Shown: piece after piece, positions 29,123 through 40,255 of the stretch
Position numbering within the stretch: position 1 is the first letter of the stretch
Layout: every line of letters begins with the position of its first letter
Assembly: GCA_019116115.1 (NCBI GenBank)
Contig: DXCF01000005.1
Span: 15,495-79,494 of the forward strand
Source: Candidatus Borkfalkia avicola
Lineage (GTDB): Bacteria; Bacillota; Clostridia; Christensenellales; Borkfalkiaceae
Direction: 5' to 3'
DNA length: 64,000 nucleotides
Translations under genes and position numbers: made by a program
The notes under the pieces: generated by a model
What the model was told of the DNA's origin: nothing
The model's database searches: none
The model's input: the letters and a program-made list of their open reading frames with translations, nothing else

Positions 29123-30354
29123 GCCTTTTTCCTCATCTTGCAGACGTAAAAGCCCGCGCCCATCGACAGGTGCGGCAGAAATTGCAGACCGAAGCGGGTG
29201 CGTTCATGCCCGAGCGGGCTTGCGATCTCTTCGGCGGCAAAATCGGGGTGCTGCCCCAAAAAGGCGGAAACGGTGCCGTCGTTTTCTTCACCGAACACAG
29301 AGCAGGTGGAATAATACAGGCAGCCGCCCGCGCGGACGTACGGCGCGCACGCGGACAGAATGGCGCGCTGCGTTTTGCAGAGGGAGGAAAGGTCTGCCTC
29401 CCTGCGCAGCAGCTTGATGTCCGGGTTTTCCCCGACGACGCCGTAGCCCGAACAGGGCGCGTCGGCGAGGACGGCGTCGAATTTTCCGTCGTAAGCGGGA
29501 TCGTGCACCGAAGAGTCGCGGCAGACGACGGAGATGTTCTCCGCGCCCATGCGGGAGGCGTAGCTCTCGATGAGCTTTGCGCGGTGTTCGTGCAGTTCGA
29601 AGGCGGTGACGCGGCCGCATTTGCCCGCGAGCAGGACGCTCTTGCCGCCGGGCGCGGCACAGGCGTCGAGGAGCTCGCCGCACGGCTCCACGGCGGCGCA
29701 GACGGCGACGGAGCCGACGGACTGGAAGGTGTATTCGCCGCGGTCGTAGCCTGCGTCGCGCCGGAAATTCGGATAGGCGTACAGCCCCGAAAAGGGGGTG
29801 TCTTCGTGAGGGAGATCGAGATACTTCTGCGCGGGCGCGCCCGCAAAGCGCACGAAGGTGCGGGCGGGACGGGGACGCATGATCCCCTCCGCTTCCTCCG
29901 CGCCGTACTCCTTTACAAGGCGGGAAACGGCAAAGGGCGGGAAGGAATACTGCACGGAAAGGCGGGAAAGTTTATCTGCGGGGAGAATCAGCTTTTCCGC
30001 GTCGAAATTGCGCAGGAAGGCGTTGACGAAGCCGGAGGCGCCGCCCTTGCCCAGCTTTCTGATCAGGGACACGGCGCTGTCCGTGACCATATACCGCGCC
30101 TTGCCTAAAAAGAGCAGGAAGTACAGCGAAACCTTGAGGAGGATGCGCACGGGGAGCTTCGGGCTCTTCGGCGCGAAGCTCTTTATGCAGAAATCGAGGT
30201 AAATGTCGTTTTCCAGCACGCCGTAGCACACCTTTGCGGTGCGGGCGCGGTGCGCCTCCTCTATCGGCGTATCGTTGAGCGCCTGTTTGAGGTATGCCCC
30301 GCCGCCGTATACCTTCTGCAGGACGGCAAAGGGGTCGTAGAGCGGGTTGGTCAT
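29119..30354 (-). CDS. rsmB: 16S rRNA m5C967 methyltransferase (Sun/RsmB)
   Basis: Start reassigned to MTNPLYDPF; NusB-like N-terminus; LDACAAPGGKS, DAPCSGYG, YSTCS. Confidence 0.92.
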   Translation of the reverse strand: MTNPLYDPFAVLQKVYGGGAYLKQALNDTPIEEAHRARTAKVCYGVLENDIYLDFCIKSFAPKSPKLPVRILLKVSLYFLLFLGKARYMVTDSAVSLIRKLGKGGASGFVNAFLRNFDAEKLILPADKLSRLSVQYSFPPFAVSRLVKEYGAEEAEGIMRPRPARTFVRFAGAPAQKYLDLPHEDTPFSGLYAYPNFRRDAGYDRGEYTFQSVGSVAVCAAVEPCGELLDACAAPGGKSVLLAGKCGRVTAFELHEHRAKLIESYASRMGAENISVVCRDSSVHDPAYDGKFDAVLADAPCSGYGVVGENPDIKLLRREADLSSLCKTQRAILSACAPYVRAGGCLYYSTCSVFGEENDGTVSAFLGQHPDFAAEEIASPLGHERTRFGLQFLPHLSMGAGFYVCKMRKKA

Positions 30355-30358
30355 CGCG

Positions 30359-31276
30359 TCACGCTCCGAATACGTCGCCGGCGCGCACCTTTCTGCCGTT
30401 GACGGCGTCTGCCGCACGGACGGGCTTTCCGCCCGCGAATTGCAGTTCGGTGACGCGCAGAACACCCCCGCCCGCCGCGATATAGATGCCCGTCTTGTCC
30501 GCGCGGACGATCTGCCCCGGCGCGCCTTCCCCCTCTTCGGGAAGGGCATAATAAAAGTTGACGGGCGCGCCGCGCAGGAGCGACCAGGCGAGCGGCTGCG
30601 GGTTCATCGCCCGCACGAGGCGGGAGAGCTCTTCCGCGGGGCGGGAAAAGTCGAGCAGGCACTGCTCCTTCTTTATCTTTTTGCAGAGGGTCGCATCCCC
30701 TGCCTGCGGGGTCAGCGGAGCCTCCCCCTTTTCAAGCAGAGCGAGCGCGTCCGCGATACATTCGCCGCCGAGGGCGGACAGCTTCTGCGAGAGCGTTCCC
30801 GCCGTTTCGGTGCCGTCGAGGGAGAGCGGGCGGGACAGAAGAACGTCGCCCGTGTCGAGCCCCTCGTCCGTCTTCATGACGGTGACGCCCGTCTTTGCGT
30901 CCCCCGCGAGGATGGCGTGCTGTATGGGAGAGGCGCCCCGCCAGCGCGGGAGCAGGGAGGCGTGGATGTTGTACACGCCGAGCGGGAAGGCGTCCAGCAC
31001 CTCGCGCGTGAGCAGCTGCCCGTATGCGCAGGTGACCATGAGATCGGCGCCCGTTGCGGAAAGCTCCGCCGCGTGCTCGCGCACGCGCGCAAAATCGAGC
31101 ACGGGGATCCCCTCCTGCACGGCGAACGCCTTTAAGGGGGTGGGGGTGAGCTGCGCCTTCCTGCCGAAGGGCTTATCCGGCTGGGTGAGCACGGCGGCGA
31201 CGGTATGCCCCGCCGAAAGCAGCTTTTCGAGAGGCGGGAGAGAAAAAGCGGGCGCGCCCGCATAGACGATCTTCAT
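30359..31276 (-). CDS. fmt: Methionyl-tRNA formyltransferase
   Basis: VLTQPDKP.GR, NIHASLLPRWRGASPIQ, DEGLDTGD. Confidence 0.96.
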   Translation of the reverse strand: MKIVYAGAPAFSLPPLEKLLSAGHTVAAVLTQPDKPFGRKAQLTPTPLKAFAVQEGIPVLDFARVREHAAELSATGADLMVTCAYGQLLTREVLDAFPLGVYNIHASLLPRWRGASPIQHAILAGDAKTGVTVMKTDEGLDTGDVLLSRPLSLDGTETAGTLSQKLSALGGECIADALALLEKGEAPLTPQAGDATLCKKIKKEQCLLDFSRPAEELSRLVRAMNPQPLAWSLLRGAPVNFYYALPEEGEGAPGQIVRADKTGIYIAAGGGVLRVTELQFAGGKPVRAADAVNGRKVRAGDVFGA

Positions 31277-31287
31277 GGGGCGCTCCT

Positions 31288-31743
31288 TCAGTCGCTGCGC
31301 TCGACGCGCTCGGCACGGTCGATGTACAGGATGCCGTCGAGATGGTCGAGTTCGTGGCAGACGGCGCGGGCGAAGAAGCCGTGCGCGGTCAGCTTTTTCT
31401 TTTTGCCGGCGCGGTCGAAATACTCGACCTTCACCGTCTGCGGACGGGTAACGACGCCGCGCTTGCCGCGCACCGAAAGGCAGCCCTCCCAGCCGCGCTG
31501 TTCGCCCTTGCTATCCACGATGACGGGGTTGACGAGCTCGAAAAAGCCTTCGTCCACATCTATCACCACGGCGCGGCGCAGCACGCCGACCTGCGGCGCG
31601 GCGAGGCCCGCGCCCTCCTCGCGGCGGACGGTATCCTTCATGTCGTCGAGAAGAAGGGCGAGCTTTTCGTCGAACGCGGTGACTTCAAAACATTTTTTGC
31701 GCAGGATGTCGTCTCCGACCTGCACGACGTTGCGTATAGCCAT
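31288..31743 (-). CDS. def: Peptide deformylase
   Basis: Start reassigned to MAIRNVVQVGD; GAGLAAPQVG, EGCLS, CHELDHLDG. Confidence 0.97.
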   Translation of the reverse strand: MAIRNVVQVGDDILRKKCFEVTAFDEKLALLLDDMKDTVRREEGAGLAAPQVGVLRRAVVIDVDEGFFELVNPVIVDSKGEQRGWEGCLSVRGKRGVVTRPQTVKVEYFDRAGKKKKLTAHGFFARAVCHELDHLDGILYIDRAERVERSD

Positions 31744-31797
31744 TGTATCCTCCGAAGCCCGCAAAAAGCGGGCGGAACGTTCATAATTTTTTCCGCC

Positions 31798-33960
31798 TTA
31801 CGAGAGATTGGCGGGGTTCTCTTCCACATAGACGAGCACGTCGCGCGTCTTGCAGGCGAGGGCGCGGGCATAGATTTCGGAAAGCAGCGCGTCGCCGCGG
31901 AGGCGCATGAGCACCTGGTAGCGGAATTTGTTCTGTATGCGCCTGACGGGCGCCTTCATGCGGTTGAAAAAGAGAAATTCTTCCCGGTGCGAATCGAACA
32001 GCTCTTTGAGGGAAAAGTATACCTCTTTGAGCGTTTCCACCGCCTTCTTCTCCTCCTCGCCCGTGACCATGACGCGCACGATCTTCGCGAACGGCGGGAA
32101 CGCCGTGGAGGCGCGCAGGGAGATCTCGTGCCGGTAAAAGCCCTTGTAATCGTAGTTCACCGCAAAGCGCAGGATGTAGTTGGCGGGGTCGTACGTCTGC
32201 AGGACGGCGCGCCCCTTTTCTTCGGCGCGGCCGCTCCTGCCCGCGACCTGTGTGATCAGCTGGAAGGTGCGTTCGCCGCTGCGGTAATCGGAGAAATGCA
32301 GGCTCATGTCTGCATCGAGGATGCCGACGAGGGTGACGGCGGGGAAATCGTGCCCCTTTGCGATCATCTGGGTGCCGACGAGGATATCCGCCTCGCGGCC
32401 GGCAAATTTTTTGAGGATGCGGTAATGCCCCTCTTTGCCGCCCGTCGTGTCCACATCCATGCGCAAAATGCGCGCGGAGGGGTACAGCTTTTTCAGTTCC
32501 CCCACCACCTTCTGCGTGCCCGTGCCCGTGTAGCTTAAATGCACCGAGCCGCACTCGGGGCAGGCTGTGAGCATCTTGTAGCTTGCGCCGCAGTAATGGC
32601 ATTTGAGGCAGTGCTCTTCGCTGTGATAGGTGAGCGACACGTCGCACTGCTCGCAGCGGGCGACGTAGCCGCAGTCGCGGCAGACCACGCTCTGGGCAAA
32701 GCCGCGGCGGTTGAGGAAGATGATCGCCTGGTTGCCCTGCGAGAGGCAGCTTTCCAGCTCTTCGCGCAGCAGGGCGGAAAAGGCGCTGTTGTTGCCGCGG
32801 CGCGCCTCGGTGCGCATATCCGCGATGAGGATCTCCGGCATCGGCCGGCGGTTGATGCGCTCGGGCAGTTCGGTCAGGCCGATCTCCCCCGTTTCCGCGC
32901 GGCGGTAAGTTTCCACCGAGGGGGTGGCGCTGCCCAGAACGAGCTTGCAGCCGTTGTACTTTGCGCGCAGTTCGGCGACTTCCGCCGCCGCATAGCGCGG
33001 GGCGTGCTCGCTCTGATAGCTGCCGTCGTGCTCCTCGTCGAGCACGATGACGCCGATGTTTTCCACGGGCGCGAACACGGCGCTGCGGGCGCCGATGGCG
33101 ATCTTCGCCTCACCCGAACGCAGGCGCTGCCATTCGTCGAACTTTTCCCCCGCGGAGAGCCCGCTGTGCAGGATCGCCGCGTTTTCGCCGAAGCGGGCGC
33201 GCAGCTGCGAGAACATCTGCGGCGTGAGGGAAATTTCCGGCACGAGGAAGATGGCGCTCTTTCCGGCGGCGAGCGCCTCGGCGATGAGGGTGAGATAGAT
33301 CTCCGTCTTTCCGCTGCCCGTGACGCCGTGCAGGAGGTGGACGGTTTTGCCGCTGCCCTTTATGGCGGCGACCGCCTCCCGCTGGGCGGGCGTGAGCTCG
33401 TGCGGGGCCGCCGCGCCCGCGACGCCTTTCAGCGGCGTGCGGTTCACGCGTTCCCGCTCCGTGCGCACCGCGCCGCGGGAAATGAGGGCGCGCACGGCGG
33501 CGTCGCCAAATTTTTCCCTGTATGCGGTATACGGGAAGCTGCCCTTCTCTTTGAGGAAGGCGAGCGCAGCCGCCTGCGCCTTCGCGCGGGCGGGGATATC
33601 GGCGTCGCAGACGAATACGGCGACGTTTTTGTACAGCTCGCGCACCGCGCCGCGGCGCATTTCGGCGGGAAGAAAGAGGCGCAGCACCTGCGCCATCGGG
33701 CAGCGGTAGCGCTCCGAAAGGGCGCGGGCGAGGGAGAGGCACTCGGGGATGAGGGGCTCGTCGACGACGGAGAAGATCGCTTTGAGCTTTGCGGGGTCGA
33801 AGCTGCTCCCCTCTTTCAGGCGCATCACATAGCCCTCCACCGCTCTGCCGCCGAAGGGGACGCGGACGCGGCTGCCCTCCTTTACGCCGTCGGCGGAGAT
33901 GTATTCAAATACCCTGTCGACCTCGCTGTGCGCGATGTCTACGATCACTTCCGCCGTCAT
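31798..33960 (-). CDS. priA: Primosomal protein N'
   Basis: HGVTGSGKTE, DEEHD, paired CxxC zinc motifs, GTQMIAKGHDF, QVAGRSGR. Confidence 0.97.
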   Translation of the reverse strand: MTAEVIVDIAHSEVDRVFEYISADGVKEGSRVRVPFGGRAVEGYVMRLKEGSSFDPAKLKAIFSVVDEPLIPECLSLARALSERYRCPMAQVLRLFLPAEMRRGAVRELYKNVAVFVCDADIPARAKAQAAALAFLKEKGSFPYTAYREKFGDAAVRALISRGAVRTERERVNRTPLKGVAGAAAPHELTPAQREAVAAIKGSGKTVHLLHGVTGSGKTEIYLTLIAEALAAGKSAIFLVPEISLTPQMFSQLRARFGENAAILHSGLSAGEKFDEWQRLRSGEAKIAIGARSAVFAPVENIGVIVLDEEHDGSYQSEHAPRYAAAEVAELRAKYNGCKLVLGSATPSVETYRRAETGEIGLTELPERINRRPMPEILIADMRTEARRGNNSAFSALLREELESCLSQGNQAIIFLNRRGFAQSVVCRDCGYVARCEQCDVSLTYHSEEHCLKCHYCGASYKMLTACPECGSVHLSYTGTGTQKVVGELKKLYPSARILRMDVDTTGGKEGHYRILKKFAGREADILVGTQMIAKGHDFPAVTLVGILDADMSLHFSDYRSGERTFQLITQVAGRSGRAEEKGRAVLQTYDPANYILRFAVNYDYKGFYRHEISLRASTAFPPFAKIVRVMVTGEEEKKAVETLKEVYFSLKELFDSHREEFLFFNRMKAPVRRIQNKFRYQVLMRLRGDALLSEIYARALACKTRDVLVYVEENPANLS

Positions 33961-34055
33961 GCGTAAAACTCCGTAAAAAACAGAATGCCCCGATACGTTC
34001 GGAGCAAAAGGGTGCGCCCTCCCGCAGATGCGGGCGGGCTGTATCCAAAGGAAAG

Positions 34056-34277
34056 TCAGTCTTTGACCATCGTCAGCTTGCCGGAGATGATCTCGTGGCA
34101 GGCGAGGGCGATCTCTTTGACGCCGCCGGGCAGTTCGTGGATGCCCTGGCTCTGCTCCTGGTCGATGATCTGGCGGGCGCGCTTGGCGACCACCACGCAG
34201 AGCGCGTAGCGGGACGCGGGTTCTTCGGGGGTGCCCAGTTTTTCCACAAGCCTGTCTACTACCGGTTCGTTGATCAT
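34056..34277 (-). CDS. rpoZ: RNA polymerase omega subunit
   Basis: SRYALCVVVAKRARQI, KEIALACHEI; upstream of priA. Confidence 0.9.
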   Translation of the reverse strand: MINEPVVDRLVEKLGTPEEPASRYALCVVVAKRARQIIDQEQSQGIHELPGGVKEIALACHEIISGKLTMVKD

Positions 34278-34342
34278 ATATCCTTCTCCTGAAAAATTTT
34301 TTACTCTTTTTGCGCCGCGCGGAAAGCGCCGCGGCCTTGTTT

Positions 34343-35218
34343 TTATTCTATGTTCTGCACCTGTTCGCGGATCTTTTCGATCTCGTTTTTGAGGGCAAGA
34401 CCGCTGTTGGTCACAGAAAGGTCGTTGCTCTTGGAACAGACGGTGTTCGCCTCGCGGTTGAATTCCTGCACGAGGAAGTCGAGCTTCCTGCCCACGCGCT
34501 CCTCCGCGCAGATGGCGCGGAACTGCGAGATGTGCGATTTCAGACGGGTGAGTTCTTCGTCTATGTTGGATTTGTCGACGAATACGGCGACTTCTGTCAG
34601 CAGGCGCGATTCGTCGTAATCGACGCCGGAGAGCGCCTCTTTCATGCGCTCGGAAAGCCTCGCGCGGTAATTCTGCGCGACGAGCGGCGCGCGCTCCGAA
34701 ATGTCTGCGACCAGCTTTTCCACCGTGTCCATGCGGGAGAGCATATCGGCGGCGAGCTTTTTCCCCTCCTCCGCGCGCATCCCGTTGAGCTTTTCAAGCG
34801 CGGCGGAGAGCGCCGCGTTCAGAGCGGAAAAGAGTTCGTCGTCCGCCGCCTGCGCCTCTTCGGGACGGGCGACGTCTGTACACTTCAGAAGGGCGGTGAG
34901 GGTGAAATCGTCGGGAATGGCGGGGAACACCGCTTTGAGCTTCTGCGCCGCGCCGTACCAGCTGCGCGCAGCCTCTTCGTCGACGTACAGCGTTTTGGCG
35001 CGCTCGCGCCTGTCGGTGAGGTTGACGTACACGTCGGCATGGCCGCGCGTCATGCTCCCGCGCACTTTGGCGCGGATCGCCTCTTCGCAGGCGGTGAAGA
35101 TGCGCGGCGCTTTGACGGACACGTCGAGGTAGCGGTTGTTGACCGTTTTGATCTCGACGGTCAGTTCGATGCCGCCCTCTTTGTATTCCCCTTTTCCGTA
35201 ACCGGTCATACTGAACAT
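34343..35218 (-). CDS. yicC: YicC/YloC family endoribonuclease
   Basis: SMTGYG, EIKTVNNRYLD, GRKLDFLVQEFNREANT..SK, EKIREQVQNIE. Confidence 0.94.
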   Translation of the reverse strand: MFSMTGYGKGEYKEGGIELTVEIKTVNNRYLDVSVKAPRIFTACEEAIRAKVRGSMTRGHADVYVNLTDRRERAKTLYVDEEAARSWYGAAQKLKAVFPAIPDDFTLTALLKCTDVARPEEAQAADDELFSALNAALSAALEKLNGMRAEEGKKLAADMLSRMDTVEKLVADISERAPLVAQNYRARLSERMKEALSGVDYDESRLLTEVAVFVDKSNIDEELTRLKSHISQFRAICAEERVGRKLDFLVQEFNREANTVCSKSNDLSVTNSGLALKNEIEKIREQVQNIE

Positions 35219-35244
35219 AAAAGACCTCGCTCGCGGATTTCTCG

Positions 35245-35689
35245 GCTCGGAGATTTTGTTTCAAGCTGATGAAACAAAATCTTCCGATTTGAAGGGGCAA
35301 CCGCCCGTTCGCTGCGCTCTGCGGGCAGTTTCCCCCTCTTTGCGGCATCTTTTGGTGCACACATTTCGATAAATGCCGCAAATTCACCCCTTTCGGGGGA
35401 GCCGTAAGTTTACGGCAAATTGAGTGCGCTTATTCAAAGGCGTGGCTTTGAAACGCGCAATAATTATAATAAATAAATGCGCAAGCAAAATCGCAATTTT
35501 GCGCCAGCGCACACGATTTGCTGTGAAGCTCTTGCAGGAAAGGTGAATGCGGCGCGCGTATTTTATGGTGTGCCCCAAAAAGGCGCGCCGCAGAGGAAAA
35601 CCTCCGCTGTCCCGACCGACGGGAGGGCGGTGGGGTTGTCCTCAATTCGGAAGATTTTGTTTTGTCAGCTCAAAACAAAATCTCCGAGC
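35245..35689. repeat. Structured intergenic repeat, inverted doublet (copy B): units 35245-35459 and 35478-35689 around an AT-rich spacer
   Basis: Imperfect inverted termini of about 55 bp (GCTCGGAGATTTTGTTT...GCAACC versus GGTTGTCC...AAACAAAATCTCCGAGC); homologous to 47402-47847 and 14635-14850. Confidence 0.9.
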
Positions 35690-35726
35690 GGAAATTATTA
35701 TAGCAGAAACCGCGAAAAATTTCAAG

Positions 35727-37757
<2,031 letters not shown>

Positions 37758-40070
37758 TTACCCGATGACGGTGAGCGGGGCGATCTGCAGCGAGAGCGTT
37801 TTGATGCCCAGCCCGGGGAAGCTGACGTTTGCGACCTTCGCGCTGCCCTCCCCGCGGGTGGAAATGATCAGCCCCTCGCCGAATTTGGGGTGGCGCACCT
37901 TTACGCCGGTGCGGAAGGCGGCATAGTCCTTTGCGGGGGAAGGCGCCCTGCCCGCGCTCTGCGCGCGGCGGTAGCCCGCACCCGCCGAAAAGGAGGAGGG
38001 GGCGCGCGTTTCCTCGGGCGGGAGGTCGCTGTGATAGCCGTACTCCTCCTCGTCTCTGTCTGCGGGGCGGGAGAAGGAGCGCCGCGCGCCGTACCCGCCG
38101 TAAGAGGAGCCGTAGGAGCGCCCGCCGTAGGCGCTGCGCACGGCGTAGTCGCGCGCGGGCTGCTCCTCTATCTTCATGACGGAGGAGAGCTCCTGCAAAA
38201 AGCGGGAAGGAAGGGTGAGGCTGCGTTCGCCGTAGAGATAACGGCTGCGCGAGCGGGTGAAGAACAGGCGCTCTTCCGCCCGCGTGATGGCGACGTACAG
38301 AAGCCTGCGCTCCTCTTCGAGGTCGTCGTCGCTGTTGGCGGCGCGGGACACGGGGAAGATGTTCTCCTCCATGCCGACGACGAACACCACCTTGAATTCC
38401 AGCCCCTTGACGGAGTGGACGGTGGCGAGGGTGACGTAGTCGGTTTCGTCCATGTCGTCGGTATCCGAGCTCAACGTGACCTGGTTGAGGAAGTCTGCGA
38501 GGGTCGCCCCCTTGTTCATGCGGCAGAACTCGTCGACGGAGTTGACGAATTCGTCGATGTTCGCCTTTTTATTGATGGATTCGTCGGAATCGTCGGCATA
38601 CATGGAGAGGATGTCGGTATCGTTGATGACGTCGCGCACCAGCTCGTCGGCGCTCATCTCCGCGCCCTTGACGACCAGCTCTTTGAGGAGGGAGCCGAAG
38701 GCGCGCACCTTCTGCTTGCTGCCCGCGTTGAGGGGGAGTTCGTCTATGTTCAGCACGGCGTCGTAGACGGAAAGTTCTTCCCTGCGGGCGTACTCTTCGA
38801 GCGTTTCCACCGTCTTTGCGCCGATGCCGCGCTTGGGCACGTTGATGACGCGGGTGACCGCCTCGCTGTCGAAGGGGTTGTTGACGATGCGCAGGTAGGC
38901 GAGCAGGTCTTTGATCTCCTTGCGCTCGTAGAAGCGGAAGCCGCCGAACACCTTGTACGGCACGTTGTATTTGGAAAACTCCTGCTCGTAGGCGCGGGTG
39001 AGCGCGTTGATGCGCATGAGCACCGCGAAGTCGGAGAAGGAATAGCCCTGCCGCATCAGGTCGCTGATGCGGCGGGCGACGTACAGCGCCTCGTCCGCCT
39101 CCGTTTCCGCCTGATAATACTGCGGCTCTTCCCCCGCCGCGTTCTTCGTCCAGAGCTGCTTGTCGCGCCGGCGGCCGTTGTTGCGGATGACGGCGTTGGC
39201 AAACTTGAGGATATTCTGTGTGGAGCGGTAGTTGCGCTCGAGCTTGTAGATCTTTGCGCCGGGGAAATCTTTTTCGAAGCCGAGGATGTTTTCCAGCTTT
39301 GCCCCGCGCCAGCCGTAGATGCTCTGGTCGTCGTCGCCGACGGCAAACACGTTGCCGTGCACCGCGGAGAGCAGTTTTATGATGTCGTACTGCACGCGGT
39401 TGGTATCCTGAAATTCGTCGACGTGTATGTAGCGGAATTTGCCCGAGAGGTATTCGAGGGCGTCTTTGTCCGTTTCCAGAAGGCGGAGCGTCTGGGTGAG
39501 GAGGTCGTCGAAGTCGAGGGCGTTGTTCTTTTTCAGATGCTCGCAGTAGGCGGAATAGACGGCGCAGATGTCGCGCATGCCGCGCACGTCTGCGTTGTTT
39601 TCGGCATATTCGGCGGGTTCCTGCCCCAGCATTTTGGCGTTGGCGATGTGGAATTTTACGTTTTTGAGCAGCTTTTCGTCGTCAAAGCCGCACTCCTGGA
39701 AGGCCTTTTTTATGACGGCCGCGCGCTCGGTTTCGCTGTAAATGGAAAAGTTTTTGCCGTAGCCGAGGCGCTCGGCGTACATGCGCAGGATGCGCACGCA
39801 CATGCTGTGGATGGTGCAGATCCACATACTCTGCGCGCCGTCGACCATCGAAGAGAGGCGCTCGCGCATCTCGTTTGCCGCCTTGTTGGTGAAGGTGATG
39901 GCGAGGATGGCGGAGGGGTACACCCCCTTCTCTTCCACGAGATAGGCGATGCGCGAGGTGAGCACGCGCGTTTTGCCGCTGCCCGCGCCCGCGAGCACCA
40001 GCACCGCGCCCTCGGTATCGGTGACGGGCTTTAACTGTTCTTCGTTGAGCTTTGCAAGTATGTCGTTCAT
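37758..40070 (-). CDS. pcrA: ATP-dependent DNA helicase PcrA/UvrD
   Basis: Start reassigned to MNDILAKLNEEQ; LAGAGSGKTRVLT, VDEFQDTN, GDDDQSIYGWRGA, EEERRLLYVAITRA; promoter TTGCCC-17-TATAAT at 40104-40132. Confidence 0.96.
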   Translation of the reverse strand: MNDILAKLNEEQLKPVTDTEGAVLVLAGAGSGKTRVLTSRIAYLVEEKGVYPSAILAITFTNKAANEMRERLSSMVDGAQSMWICTIHSMCVRILRMYAERLGYGKNFSIYSETERAAVIKKAFQECGFDDEKLLKNVKFHIANAKMLGQEPAEYAENNADVRGMRDICAVYSAYCEHLKKNNALDFDDLLTQTLRLLETDKDALEYLSGKFRYIHVDEFQDTNRVQYDIIKLLSAVHGNVFAVGDDDQSIYGWRGAKLENILGFEKDFPGAKIYKLERNYRSTQNILKFANAVIRNNGRRRDKQLWTKNAAGEEPQYYQAETEADEALYVARRISDLMRQGYSFSDFAVLMRINALTRAYEQEFSKYNVPYKVFGGFRFYERKEIKDLLAYLRIVNNPFDSEAVTRVINVPKRGIGAKTVETLEEYARREELSVYDAVLNIDELPLNAGSKQKVRAFGSLLKELVVKGAEMSADELVRDVINDTDILSMYADDSDESINKKANIDEFVNSVDEFCRMNKGATLADFLNQVTLSSDTDDMDETDYVTLATVHSVKGLEFKVVFVVGMEENIFPVSRAANSDDDLEEERRLLYVAITRAEERLFFTRSRSRYLYGERSLTLPSRFLQELSSVMKIEEQPARDYAVRSAYGGRSYGSSYGGYGARRSFSRPADRDEEEYGYHSDLPPEETRAPSSFSAGAGYRRAQSAGRAPSPAKDYAAFRTGVKVRHPKFGEGLIISTRGEGSAKVANVSFPGLGIKTLSLQIAPLTVIG

Positions 40071-40255
40071 GCCTTTCTTCCGTTTGTTTTTTGCTTGCCT
40101 TTTATTATACCACAAACGGCGGCAAAGGGCAAGAAGGAAGCCGCGCGATTTCTGCCGAATTGCGGGGAGCGGATAAGAAAAACGCCGCGGGCAGAGAAAA
40201 CCCCGCCGCCCGCAGAAATGCGGGCGGCGGGGCCGCTTGTCCGTTCTGTACCGTG

